A program made the position numbers and the translations under genes. From the NCBI GenBank assembly GCA_964022095.1, contig CAXHZO010000002.1, positions 256,001 through 320,000 of the forward strand: 64,000 bases of DNA, read 5' to 3'. The stretch comes from an uncultured Arcobacteraceae bacterium. GTDB lineage: Bacteria; Campylobacterota; Campylobacteria; Campylobacterales; Arcobacteraceae. Below, one piece after another: positions 39,706 through 49,618 of this stretch; the stretch's first letter is position 1, and every line of letters starts with the position of its first letter. The notes below the pieces were generated by a model that saw only the letters and a program-made list of their open reading frames with translations, made no database searches and had not been told where the DNA came from.

Positions 39706-40876
39706 CTTTTGCCTTGAATGTAAATTTATTATCTATATTAGCTTGTTTCGTAAATTTGATATCACTATTTTTTTCTTTTTTTTCATTATCTGAACAACAA
39801 GAATTACTAGAACAGCAAGACTCCTCTTTTTTAGAACCTCTTTTTAACCAAGGTATTATTAAGTAGTAAGCTAACATGATTAACATAATCAAACTTGCAA
39901 TTTGAGATATTATTGAACTATGCTCATTTTCTAAATCAAAATTTATTATGTTTACTTGTGAGAATATTGTATCAAATAAAAAGCCAAAGATTAATGAAAG
40001 TAATAAAATAACAGATAAATATATTATTAGAGATGTTTTTCCAAGGGTTTTATAAACAACACTCATAGTAATAGCACTAGTTGCAGGTCCAGCTGTTAGA
40101 AAAATAAATGCTGCACCTGGACTCATTCCTTCAGTTATTAATGCAGCTGCAATTGGTAATGATGCTGTTGCACAGATATATAAAGGCATTGCAAAGAGTA
40201 TTATTACAAAATACGTTAGAATTTGATTTTCAAATAGTAATGATGTGTACTCTTTAGGAGCTAGGGTTGTAAATAGTGCACCAAAAATTAAACCTATGAA
40301 TATAGGTTTAACCATATCTTTAAATAAAGTTATATAAGCATATGAAAATGCAGCTTTAATTGAAAACTTCTTTTTAGTTATTGTAGTTGAACAACTATCA
40401 GTACAACATCCAGTTGAACATGAACTTTCTTCTGTATTTTGTTTAACACTAAGTTTTATATCATCTTTTTCAACTAAGTTTTGAATAATACCAACTAAAA
40501 TAGCAATTATTATAGAAGAAATTACTCTAAAAGCTGTAAAGAATAATCCAAAAAATGAGTATGTAGCCAAAATTGAATCAACACCAGTAATGGGACTTGA
40601 TATTAAAAAACTTTGTACAGAACCTTTACTAGCACCCTCTTTTCTAAGACTTTGAGCTAAAGGAATAACTGAACAAGAACAAACAGGAAGAGGTATACCA
40701 AAAATAGTTGATTTTATTACAGAAGAGATTGAACCACTTCCTAGATGTTTTGAGATAAAATCATCAGGAATCAGTTGTTTTAAAATACCTGCAAATAATA
40801 AACCTACAAGTATGTATATAGCCATTGCATCAAGAAGTGATAGAAAATTATTTGCTATTAATACTAGATAATCCAT
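39686..40876 (-). CDS. SO_0444/ArsP-like (DUF318) permease, probable metal(loid) efflux
   Basis: PLPVCSCSVIP and PLYICATAS.P motifs, Cys-rich loops (SSCSTGCCTDSC; SCCSSNSCC). Confidence 0.85.
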   Translation of the reverse strand: MDYLVLIANNFLSLLDAMAIYILVGLLFAGILKQLIPDDFISKHLGSGSISSVIKSTIFGIPLPVCSCSVIPLAQSLRKEGASKGSVQSFLISSPITGVDSILATYSFFGLFFTAFRVISSIIIAILVGIIQNLVEKDDIKLSVKQNTEESSCSTGCCTDSCSTTITKKKFSIKAAFSYAYITLFKDMVKPIFIGLIFGALFTTLAPKEYTSLLFENQILTYFVIILFAMPLYICATASLPIAAALITEGMSPGAAFIFLTAGPATSAITMSVVYKTLGKTSLIIYLSVILLLSLIFGFLFDTIFSQVNIINFDLENEHSSIISQIASLIMLIMLAYYLIIPWLKRGSKKEESCCSSNSCCSDNEKKEKNSDIKFTKQANIDNKFTFKAKDEVGKQ

Positions 40877-40877
40877 T

Positions 40878-42335
40878 TTAAGCTTCTTCGTTTTTTAAAG
40901 CATTTGAGTCTAATTGCTTTTTAGGTTTTACTCCTAATTCTAGAAACTCTTGAGATCTTCTCATTAAGTTTCCTTTTCCTGTTGATAGTTTATTCATTGC
41001 ACTTTCATATGATTTATTTGCAGATGATATTTTTGTACCAACATCTTCTAAATCAGTTACAAAGCCACTAAATTTATCATATAAATCAGCAGCTTTTTTA
41101 GAGATTAATTGAGCATTTTCATTTTGGTGTTCATTTCTCCAAATATTCTCTATAGTTCTTAGTGTAACATACAAAGTAGATGGAGAAACTAACATAATGT
41201 TATTTTCAAATGCCATTTTAAATAAGTTGTCATCTTGAGAAGTAGCTAAAATATAAGCACTTTCAACTGGAACAAACATTAAAACAAAATCAAGTGTACT
41301 CACACCATCTAAGTTTTCATAGCTTTTATTACTTAAGCCTTTTATATGTGCTGTTATTGATTTAGTTAACTCTTTAGCAGCTGTATCTTTTTTGGCTTTA
41401 TCTTCAGTTTTATTATAGTCTAAATATGAGTTTAAAGACACTTTAGAATCGATAATAATATCTTTTTTATTTGGTAAATGAACAATTACATCAGGTCTTA
41501 ATTTTTTCCCATTTGTATCATTAAATGAACCTTGAACTGTATATTCTCTTCCCTCTTTTAAACCAGTTTGATCTAAAATTGAAGATAATATCATCTCACC
41601 CCAATCACCTTGAGTTTTATTTTCACCTTTTAATGCTTTAGTAAGATTTACTGCATCTTCTGAGATTTTGTTATTTAACTCTTTTAGATTTTTAATTTCA
41701 GTTAATAATGAAGTTCTTTGTTTTGTTTCATCATTATATATATCATTAACTCTTTTACCAAACGATTCTAGTTGATCTTTAAATGATGTTAAAACTTGAG
41801 TCAAGTTTACATTTGATTTTTTTTGATTCTCTTCAAATAGTTTATTTGCTAAGTTCTCAAACTCTAATTTCATTTGTTTTTTAGACTCTTCTAAAATATC
41901 AATCTTTTCATTGAAGTTTGACTCTTTTATTTCAAACTCATTTAATAAAGACACTTCTTTAGCTTTAAATGAGTTAGTTAAACTTGACATTTTATACTCA
42001 TAAGAATCTTTTAGATTTTCAATAGTCTCTTCTCTATGCTTCTCTAAAAGTTTTAGTTTATCTTCTAAACTCTCTTTAATAAGTTTTTTCTCTTCTTCAA
42101 GTTTTCTATTTGAAGTTGTTAAGGTGTTTATTTGACCTTCGTATGAGCTATGATTTAATTCAATTTTTTCATTTAAAGCTTTTAATTTAAGCATAGCTTC
42201 ATCTTGAAGACTTTTTAATTGGTTTTCATACTTTTGTCTTGAAAACTGTAATATAATTAATAAACCCGATAGCATTGCAATTGTAGCAACTATAAGTGTT
42301 AGGTAACTAACTTCAATTACTGAACCTGTTAACAT
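40878..42335 (-). CDS. rmuC: DNA recombination protein RmuC
   Basis: N-terminal TM, long coiled coil, QGDWGE..L, RPDVIVHLP....IIDSKVSL, DFVLMFVP.E, VSPSTL. Confidence 0.94.
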   Translation of the reverse strand: MLTGSVIEVSYLTLIVATIAMLSGLLIILQFSRQKYENQLKSLQDEAMLKLKALNEKIELNHSSYEGQINTLTTSNRKLEEEKKLIKESLEDKLKLLEKHREETIENLKDSYEYKMSSLTNSFKAKEVSLLNEFEIKESNFNEKIDILEESKKQMKLEFENLANKLFEENQKKSNVNLTQVLTSFKDQLESFGKRVNDIYNDETKQRTSLLTEIKNLKELNNKISEDAVNLTKALKGENKTQGDWGEMILSSILDQTGLKEGREYTVQGSFNDTNGKKLRPDVIVHLPNKKDIIIDSKVSLNSYLDYNKTEDKAKKDTAAKELTKSITAHIKGLSNKSYENLDGVSTLDFVLMFVPVESAYILATSQDDNLFKMAFENNIMLVSPSTLYVTLRTIENIWRNEHQNENAQLISKKAADLYDKFSGFVTDLEDVGTKISSANKSYESAMNKLSTGKGNLMRRSQEFLELGVKPKKQLDSNALKNEEA

Positions 42336-42347
42336 AAAACTATCCTT

Positions 42348-43559
42348 TTAATTGTTGTTAGAAACATCATATCCTAACTCTTTAAATCTCTCTACTAATG
42401 GTGGATGTGAGTAGTAGAAGAAAATATATAAAGGGTGAGATAAAGGAAAAGACTTATTTTCATTTGCTAATTTTAATAAAGCATTTACTAAATCTTCTTT
42501 TGATTGTAAATTTGAACCAAACTCATCTGCTGCGTATTCATTATGTCTTGAAATTAATGATATTAAAGGCATTAAGAAAAATGAAAATATAGGTGAAAAT
42601 ATTAAGAACACAGCGATAATTCCATATGCTTCATTATTTATTGATAATCCTAAAAACAACTCTTCAGGTAAATTACCAAATATTCCAAAAAATACAAACA
42701 TAACTAATCCCATAATACCAATGTTTTTTAGTATATCTCCATTTTTGAAGTGACCTAATTCATGACCTAATACTGCAAGTAATTCATTGTGAGTAAGTTT
42801 TTCAACTAATGTATCAAATAAAACTACTCTTTTTGTACTACCAAGTCCACCAAAGTAAGCATTTAATCTATTGTCTCTTTTACTAGCATCAACAGAGAAT
42901 ATACCAGAACTTTTAAATCCAACTTCATCTAATAGCTTTTCGATTTTTTCTTCTAATTCTTTATCTTTAAGTTTTTCAAACTTATCAAACATTTTATCTC
43001 TAATTACAGGATAAAGCATATTTATTAAGATAATTATTCCAAAAATAAATGCAAATCCCCAAATCCACCAATTTGGAAAACTATTAATAATATAAGAAAT
43101 ACCAGCAATTACTAATGAACCAAATACTAAAAATAAAACACCTGTTTTTACAGTATCTTGAATAAAAAGTTTACTCGTCATATTTGAGAAACCATATTTT
43201 TTATTTAATACAAATGTAGAATATAATTCAAATGGTAAGCCTAAAAACCAATTTATTACAATAAACAAGTCAATAAATACAATAGCTTTTACAATATATG
43301 AATCAATAGTTAAAATTGAGTCTAAGTAAGATAATCCAAACCCAATCCATAAAATAAAAATCACAAAATCATAAAAAGTAGAGGCAATAGCCATTTTCTC
43401 TTTATCAACTGCATAATTTGCTGCTTCTTTATATTTATTTGAGTCTAATATAATAGGTTTTAATTTTCTTGCTTCTTTGATATATCCAATTTGCATAAAT
43501 GATGTATAAATATTAATTGCAATATAAATGCAATATGCAATAACGAAAAATTCTAACAA
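42348..43559 (-). CDS. M48 (Ste24-like) membrane zinc protease
   Basis: NAYFGG...KRVVLFDTL, LGHELGH, EYAAD, SHPP..ER. Confidence 0.93.
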   Translation of the reverse strand: MLEFFVIAYCIYIAINIYTSFMQIGYIKEARKLKPIILDSNKYKEAANYAVDKEKMAIASTFYDFVIFILWIGFGLSYLDSILTIDSYIVKAIVFIDLFIVINWFLGLPFELYSTFVLNKKYGFSNMTSKLFIQDTVKTGVLFLVFGSLVIAGISYIINSFPNWWIWGFAFIFGIIILINMLYPVIRDKMFDKFEKLKDKELEEKIEKLLDEVGFKSSGIFSVDASKRDNRLNAYFGGLGSTKRVVLFDTLVEKLTHNELLAVLGHELGHFKNGDILKNIGIMGLVMFVFFGIFGNLPEELFLGLSINNEAYGIIAVFLIFSPIFSFFLMPLISLISRHNEYAADEFGSNLQSKEDLVNALLKLANENKSFPLSHPLYIFFYYSHPPLVERFKELGYDVSNNN

Positions 43560-43617
43560 AATTCTATTCCTTTTTTGATTTTATAATACAAAAAATATAC
43601 TTGATAAATGATAAAAA

Positions 43618-44622
43618 TTATTTGTTAATAAAATCTTCTTTAAATAGAACTACTTTGTTTCTACCGTTATGTTTTGCATTATATAAAGCTACATCAGCTC
43701 TATGAAGAAGAACTTCTAAGCTTATATCTTGTGAGTCAAGTGTTGCTACACCAACACTAATTGTAAATTTAATTGATTTATTGTTTTTTGAAACATACTC
43801 TAAGTTTTCGATTTCTTGTCTAATATTCTCTGCTGCTTTTAAAGCACCTTGTTCAGAGGTATTTGGTAAAATTGCACCAAACTCTTCTCCTCCAAGTCTA
43901 CCAAAAACATCACTTTTTCTTAAATTCACTTCTGTTTTTTGAGACATTAATCTTAATATATCATCACCTACTGCATGGCCATGAGTATCATTTATGATCT
44001 TGAATCTATCAATATCAATCATAAGAGCTGCAAGAGGTTTTCTTTCTCTTCTATTATATGAGATAATTGGTCCTGAAGATTCAAAGAAGCTTCTTCTGTT
44101 TTTTATTCCACAAAGCGAGTCTGTTGTAGCTAAAACATTAAGTTTTACATTTATATTATTTAGCTCTTTTGTTCTTTTATCAACTGCAGCTTCTAAGACT
44201 TCTTGATACTCTTTAAGTCTTCTTTCTTGAGCATTTAATTTAATAGCTTCAAGAACAATAAGTTCAAAATCTATTTTTTTTAATTCGTTTGGTATTATTT
44301 TGTATATTGATGCATTATTGATGATTTTTTCTACACAGTCTAAAGACATTACATCTTTAAAAACTATATTTTTTGTGTTAGGTGAGTTTTTATGAAGCTC
44401 TAAGATAAACTCTTCACATTTTAATTTAGAGGTATTACTTCCATTTATAGTTATTAAAACCTCATTACCTGCAATAATATTATTTAGACAGCCCACTAGT
44501 GCTTGTTGTGCATTTATATAACTTTCAATAACATAATCACTATCTACTATTCTTGAGATTTTATTATATAAAGAATCTAATATTTCAACATTGTTGTTAA
44601 TACATACAATAATATACTTCAA
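43618..44622 (-). CDS. Diguanylate cyclase with degenerate receiver-like N-terminus
   Basis: RLGGEEF A-site, RKSD I-site; REC-like fold lacking the acidic pocket residues (CINNN). Confidence 0.88.
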   Translation of the reverse strand: MKYIIVCINNNVEILDSLYNKISRIVDSDYVIESYINAQQALVGCLNNIIAGNEVLITINGSNTSKLKCEEFILELHKNSPNTKNIVFKDVMSLDCVEKIINNASIYKIIPNELKKIDFELIVLEAIKLNAQERRLKEYQEVLEAAVDKRTKELNNINVKLNVLATTDSLCGIKNRRSFFESSGPIISYNRRERKPLAALMIDIDRFKIINDTHGHAVGDDILRLMSQKTEVNLRKSDVFGRLGGEEFGAILPNTSEQGALKAAENIRQEIENLEYVSKNNKSIKFTISVGVATLDSQDISLEVLLHRADVALYNAKHNGRNKVVLFKEDFINK

Positions 44623-44689
44623 TTTTCAAACTCCGTGGTGAAATATTAACTAAAAATATTTTAATTTTACAAATTAAAATATAACTTCT

Positions 44690-45178
44690 TTAAAGACTTA
44701 ATAGTTGATTTCTCAGTTTTAAAATTATTTTTCTGTCATTAGTTTTCATTATAAATTCAATATTTTTTTTAAAAGATTCTTTCGTCCAGTTAGATGAGCC
44801 TAAAAGTGCTAGTTTAGAATCAAATAAAGCTACTTTTAAATGCATCTTTTCTCTTGGGAATTTTACTATAATACTATTATTTTTCAGGGTTTTTGAAAAC
44901 TTTTTATTTTTAGAATTTTTATCTTCATCCATAATTACAGTAACTTTTACTCCCCTTTTAGATGCAGAAATCAACTCTTTTTGAAATTTTTTATATGAGA
45001 AATTATAAACAGCAATTATTATCTCATTTTTAGAGTTTTTAATTAGATCTATAACTTCATTTTTTGCTAAATCTGCTTGCTTAGGTAGAAGATATATGTC
45101 ATTTGTTATAACATTTGTTATATTTTTAGCATAAAGTGTTATTAATAGTATTGGTAATATAAAAAATATTTTTTTCAT
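44690..45178 (-). CDS. Single-HKD phospholipase D / Nuc-type nuclease, exported
   Basis: Signal-peptide-like N-terminus, MHLKVALFD (HxKx4D), GSSNWT...N.E. Confidence 0.85.
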   Translation of the reverse strand: MKKIFFILPILLITLYAKNITNVITNDIYLLPKQADLAKNEVIDLIKNSKNEIIIAVYNFSYKKFQKELISASKRGVKVTVIMDEDKNSKNKKFSKTLKNNSIIVKFPREKMHLKVALFDSKLALLGSSNWTKESFKKNIEFIMKTNDRKIILKLRNQLLSL

Positions 45179-45187
45179 TTTTTTCCT

Positions 45188-45550
45188 TTAATTAAATACT
45201 TCAAATAGTTCTGAAGGAATTTTACAAGGTTTGAAATTTTTTAGATAAGCTAATTTAAACTCTCCTGTAAAAAGAACCTCGTCATCTCTTTTTATACTTT
45301 GATACATTACTATTGAAGCAGACTTCTTTTGAGTTAGTTTAGTATCTATAGTTAATAAATCTCCAAATACAGCAGATTTAATATATTCAGCTTTAACGCT
45401 TTTTACTACAAAAAATTGATCATCTTGATGGGGAGATAAACCTTTTTGAAAAAACAATTCACTTCTAGCTCTTTCGCAAAATTTTAAATAGTTTGCATAA
45501 TAAACTACTCCCCCAACATCTGTATCTTCATAATAAACTCTTATTTGCAT
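45188..45550 (-). CDS. ybgC: YbgC/FadM family acyl-CoA thioesterase
   Basis: IRVYYEDTD.GGVVYYANYLKF.ERARSE. Confidence 0.9.
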   Translation of the reverse strand: MQIRVYYEDTDVGGVVYYANYLKFCERARSELFFQKGLSPHQDDQFFVVKSVKAEYIKSAVFGDLLTIDTKLTQKKSASIVMYQSIKRDDEVLFTGEFKLAYLKNFKPCKIPSELFEVFN

Positions 45551-45842
45551 TTCTTAATTCCTTATTTTCTTGAATAAAGATTATACATAAATATTAATTA
45601 GTTGTTTAATAACTCTTTTATTTGATTAAGGTTTTTATTAATATAAATATTAAAAGTTTTACTCTTAATAACAAAAATCTATTTTTATCCCTTTTTATAG
45701 TCGTTATAAGATTATTTCTTAAGATTTAATTGAAAAGAAAAGCTAAAAGTATCTTTTTAGATAGTTCCTATCTTTTTAGTAAGTACTTGTTTTTATTATA
45801 CTTCTAAGTTAAACTTTCTTTTATCAATACTAAGGAGAGAGT

Positions 45843-45958
45843 ATGAAAAAAGAAATGATTATGGAACTACACTATTGTGTGAATCTGCAAAAAAACCTGG
45901 AACACCTGCACATAGAGGTGAAATAATTCAATGTGATTTAACACATACTAAGTGGTAA
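45843..45958 (+). pseudogene. Short ORF / probable gene remnant
   Basis: Strong AAGGAG SD, then ATG 45843 gives 27 aa (MKKEMIM...EVK*, stop 45926). An overlapping frame reads NDYGTTLLCESAKKPGTPAHRGEIIQCDLTHTKW* (stop 45958). Confidence 0.35.
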
Positions 45959-45994
45959 GAAATTATAATCAATCATAATCTACTTAAATGGAGT

Positions 45995-46780
45995 ATGAAA
46001 ATGGAATATAAATATATTATAGTTGAAGAAAAGAATAATTGTATTGGACTAATTACTTTAAATAGACCAAAAGAATATAACGCATTATCTTCTGATTTAA
46101 TAAAAGAGGTATCACATGCAATTATTGATTTTGAGAAAAAAGAGCATATAGGCTCGATAGTTTTAACTGGTGGCGAAAAAGTTTTCGCTGCGGGTGCTGA
46201 TATTAAAGAGTTATCAAAATTAGATTTTGCAAGTGCCTATAATAGTGATTTTATATCAAGTAATTGGCATGCAATAGAAAGTCATAAAAAACCAATTATT
46301 GCAGCTATTAGTGGTGTTGCACTTGGTGGTGGATGTGAACTTGCATTAATGTGTGACATTATTATATGTGATACAAGTGCAAAATTTGGACAACCAGAAG
46401 TAAAACTAGGAACAATGCCAGGAATTGGTGGAACCCAAAGACTAACTCGTGCAGTTGGAAAATCAAAAGCTATGCAAATGTGTCTGACAGGAGACATGAT
46501 AAACGCAACTGAAGCTAAAAACTATGGTTTAGTTGCAGATGTTTTTGAAATAGGAGCTGTTTTAGATGAAGCTATTATTATGGCAGAAAAAATTTCTTCT
46601 ATGTCACAACCTGTTGTAAGACTTATAAAAGAATCTATTGATAATGCTTATGAAAGTACTTTAAAATCTGGATTAGAGAGTGAAAGAAAATATTTTTATA
46701 CAACTTTTAATCTTGAAGATAAAAAAGAAGGTATGAATGCTTTTATTGAAAAAAGAAAAGCTAATTTTATAAATAAATAA
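45995..46780 (+). CDS. Enoyl-CoA hydratase (crotonase family)
   Basis: LNRP...NAL, FAAGADIKE, KPIIAAI.G.ALGGGCELA, FGQPE...G..PG.GGTQRL (both catalytic Glu). Confidence 0.95.
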   Translation: MKMEYKYIIVEEKNNCIGLITLNRPKEYNALSSDLIKEVSHAIIDFEKKEHIGSIVLTGGEKVFAAGADIKELSKLDFASAYNSDFISSNWHAIESHKKPIIAAISGVALGGGCELALMCDIIICDTSAKFGQPEVKLGTMPGIGGTQRLTRAVGKSKAMQMCLTGDMINATEAKNYGLVADVFEIGAVLDEAIIMAEKISSMSQPVVRLIKESIDNAYESTLKSGLESERKYFYTTFNLEDKKEGMNAFIEKRKANFINK

Positions 46781-46792
46781 AATATATACTTA

Positions 46793-46820
46793 AACTATGA
46801 GTTAATATTAACTCATAGTT
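46793..46820. terminator. Perfect 28-bp palindrome between convergent units, probable bidirectional terminator
   Basis: AACTATGAGTTAAT|ATTAACTCATAGTT, exact inverted repeat 12 nt after the hydratase stop. Confidence 0.6.
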
Positions 46821-46965
46821 CTGTAAAGGTCTTGTGCTTTATTAATATTTTGTTTAGAAGTTTTTCTTCTGCATGACATATAACATTTTTCACCATCTTC
46901 ATTTATATATGGATATACAGTAGGTTGCCTATACCCAATAGTAATTGCCTAATTTAGTACAAAAC
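46808..46965 (-). pseudogene. Remnant of a stand-alone PAS sensor gene (Aer/CetB-like)
   Basis: Minus strand reads TKLGNYYWV*A, then after a frameshift TVYPYINEDGEKCYMSCRRKTSKQNINKAQDLYRTMS*, matching the PAS/PAC C-terminus (K.G.YYWV.A.V.P...Y.S.RRK). An orphan AAGGTG SD follows the MCP stop, but the start and N-terminal part are missing. Confidence 0.75.
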
Positions 46966-46976
46966 TAATTACACCT

Positions 46977-49514
46977 TTAAGCACAATTTATTTCCCTAAT
47001 TTTATCTAATTTTTCAAAAACTATTTCAATGTTTTTTTCAATATTCTCTGTTACTGCAAATATTTGTCCATTATCATACTCTTCAGAATATAAATCAATT
47101 GTATCTTGAATCATACTATGTACTCTTTCATGGGCAGTTTTTAATTCAATCCAATCTTGTGATTTTGCAAAATCTTTATGTTCATTTGCATCAATCCATT
47201 TTCCTAAATTACATTCATGATGGTTTTTAACTGTAAATTTATAACCAGGCTTACACTGTGCAAAGTTAAGGTTCTTGAAGTTAATGTGATCAGATTTTAA
47301 TCTATTTATATCAATAATCATAGTTGTATCACAAACTCTTTTTTCAGCTTCTTTATCAAATGTTGTTTGTAGAATAATATTTTGTAAATGTTCAGCTAGT
47401 TTAGAGTTGTTAGTTGCCATATTATTAATTGATGTTGCTAAAGATGCATTTTCTTGTGTAGCTTTGTCCAATGAGTTTATTGTGTCCGAAATTTGCTCCA
47501 TTGCACTTTCTTGTTCTTTTGTTGCAAGAGCGACATCATCAATTATTTTAATAGTAGTCACAATATTTTCATTTAATTCATTATATCCTTCAATCATTTT
47601 TGAAGTAATTGTTTTACCTTCTTGTGCTTTTTGTGTCGCACTTTCTACTATTGTTTTAATCTCATTTGCAGCATCAGCACTTCTTCCTGCTAAATTTCTA
47701 ACTTCTTGAGCAACAACAGCAAATCCTTTACCAGCTTCCCCTGCAGTTGCTGCTTCAACAGCAGCGTTTAATGAAAGAATATTTGTTTGAAATGCAATTT
47801 GATCAATTATTGATATTGCATCTGTAATTGCATTTACTTTTTCATTTAATTCATCCATAGAATCAGATGTTTTATATGCTAACTCTTTTCCTAAATTATT
47901 TGATTTAGTCACATTTTGTGCATATGAAGACATCTCAGCTGCGTTTGAGCTACTTTGTTTAATAGTTGATGTAATCTCTTCAATTGCAGCAGCTGTTTCT
48001 TCTAACGATGCTGCTTGAATATTTGATGAATCACTAAGATTTCTAGATGTTCTTGATAAATCTTGTGCACTTGTTGTTAATTCATTATTTGACTTATCAA
48101 TCAAACAAATAATTTCATTAATAGAGGCTCTTGTAACATCAACACCTGAAAACAATGAGGCAATCATACCTGTTAATCCATCTATCTTAGGAACTTTTGC
48201 ATCATATTTAGCATTTGACATAGCAATTAATGTTTCACTTAATTGAGTTAAAATATTTTGTAAAGTATCAATCATAGAATTAATTTCAACTACTAATTCT
48301 TCTACTTCAGGAGAATTTGCATGTGAAGTAACTCTGTCGTTAAGTAAACCTTTTTTAACTTTTAAAATTACATCTTTTGTTTCTTTAATTACAAGTTTAT
48401 CTTTTTTTAATCCTTTGTCTATATAGTCTAAATATGAATTAAAACTATTAACAACATCCCCTATTTCATCTTTATTTTTGATTTTTATTCTTTTTGCTTC
48501 TGTTGATGTATTATTTGAAATATCATCTATAGAATTTTTTAAATCCATTATTGGAGATAAAACTGTTTTTTTCATATTTGTTAGTGTTGCAAGAGTACTT
48601 AATACTAGTGCAACAACTAGGATAATAAGAGCAATCCAAATAATGTTTGAAGTATGACTAATAGCATTTTCTACATCTTGTATAGGTTCTCCTGTTAGTG
48701 CTATTCCTAAGGTATTGTCCTTAAAGTCTTTAATTAAAGTATAAGTATAAAAGTAATTATCAGATATTAGATATTTATCTTTTTTTAACTGATCAATATC
48801 TATTTTTTTAGCATCAGCTAAAAACTTTTCATCTACATACTTTTGAGATATTATATAGTTATTTAATTTTGATTTTTCATCAAATTGAGCAACTGAAACT
48901 TTATCATCCATTAGTAAAATAAAAGCGTTACCTTCTTTATTAAATCCCTTAGCAACTGAATTAAGTCCTTGCATAAATTCTAATGAACCTAAATGGGAAT
49001 TATTTTTGAAAATAGGAACAACAGATCTTATACTTAATCCAGCTTTTCCTACTTCAAATGTATTTACAACACTTTTAGATGAATTAACTTTTACAATACT
49101 ATGTCTAAAACCACTTAAATCATCTCCGTATTTACTTGTTTTCCAAGATCTTAAAAATGATTTATTATCTTTAGTATGAATATGAATTTTAATATTTTTA
49201 AAAGGAGTTGATTCTTTCATATTTTTTGAAAGATTCCCTAATGCATTAATTGCTAGATCTCTATTTTGAGTCTCTAAGGCAATTTTTATCATATCATCAT
49301 TTGCAATTGAAATTGCATTTGATATACCTACGTCTAGTTTACTTTGAATTTTATTTTCTGTTAATTGATTTAGTTCTGTTTGAACTTCAGTATAAAGTTC
49401 TAAGACCAATTTGTTTTTATTGTAGTTTAACAATAAAAAACCTATTAGTAACATCAATAGTGTAATAATAACAGTTATTAATGTAAATTTTTTAGATATG
49501 CTAACATTTTCCAT
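46977..49514 (-). CDS. Methyl-accepting chemotaxis protein (periplasmic Cache-type sensor, HAMP, MA domain, C-terminal CZB)
   Basis: Two TMs, DEIG HAMP motif, [40 protein letters not shown] motif DH...ECNLGKW...H..VH. Confidence 0.95.
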   Translation of the reverse strand: MENVSISKKFTLITVIITLLMLLIGFLLLNYNKNKLVLELYTEVQTELNQLTENKIQSKLDVGISNAISIANDDMIKIALETQNRDLAINALGNLSKNMKESTPFKNIKIHIHTKDNKSFLRSWKTSKYGDDLSGFRHSIVKVNSSKSVVNTFEVGKAGLSIRSVVPIFKNNSHLGSLEFMQGLNSVAKGFNKEGNAFILLMDDKVSVAQFDEKSKLNNYIISQKYVDEKFLADAKKIDIDQLKKDKYLISDNYFYTYTLIKDFKDNTLGIALTGEPIQDVENAISHTSNIIWIALIILVVALVLSTLATLTNMKKTVLSPIMDLKNSIDDISNNTSTEAKRIKIKNKDEIGDVVNSFNSYLDYIDKGLKKDKLVIKETKDVILKVKKGLLNDRVTSHANSPEVEELVVEINSMIDTLQNILTQLSETLIAMSNAKYDAKVPKIDGLTGMIASLFSGVDVTRASINEIICLIDKSNNELTTSAQDLSRTSRNLSDSSNIQAASLEETAAAIEEITSTIKQSSSNAAEMSSYAQNVTKSNNLGKELAYKTSDSMDELNEKVNAITDAISIIDQIAFQTNILSLNAAVEAATAGEAGKGFAVVAQEVRNLAGRSADAANEIKTIVESATQKAQEGKTITSKMIEGYNELNENIVTTIKIIDDVALATKEQESAMEQISDTINSLDKATQENASLATSINNMATNNSKLAEHLQNIILQTTFDKEAEKRVCDTTMIIDINRLKSDHINFKNLNFAQCKPGYKFTVKNHHECNLGKWIDANEHKDFAKSQDWIELKTAHERVHSMIQDTIDLYSEEYDNGQIFAVTENIEKNIEIVFEKLDKIREINCA

Positions 49515-49618
49515 GAATACCCCTAAGCTTTTATAAGGGTATTATAGTATTTTTATAATTAAATTATTTAATATTCTTTTTATAAGTTATACTTATAAAA
49601 TAATTTTTTTAATTAAAC

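Noticed and set aside
44690-45178. PLD nuclease as an anti-phage defence component
   Set aside because: It has a signal peptide, housekeeping neighbours and no helicase or methylase partner.
45843-45860. Programmed -1 frameshift at ATG-AAA-AAA-G joining the two short frames
   Set aside because: The A6G heptamer is out of the required A-AAA-AAG phase and no stimulatory structure is seen; a deletion remnant is simpler.
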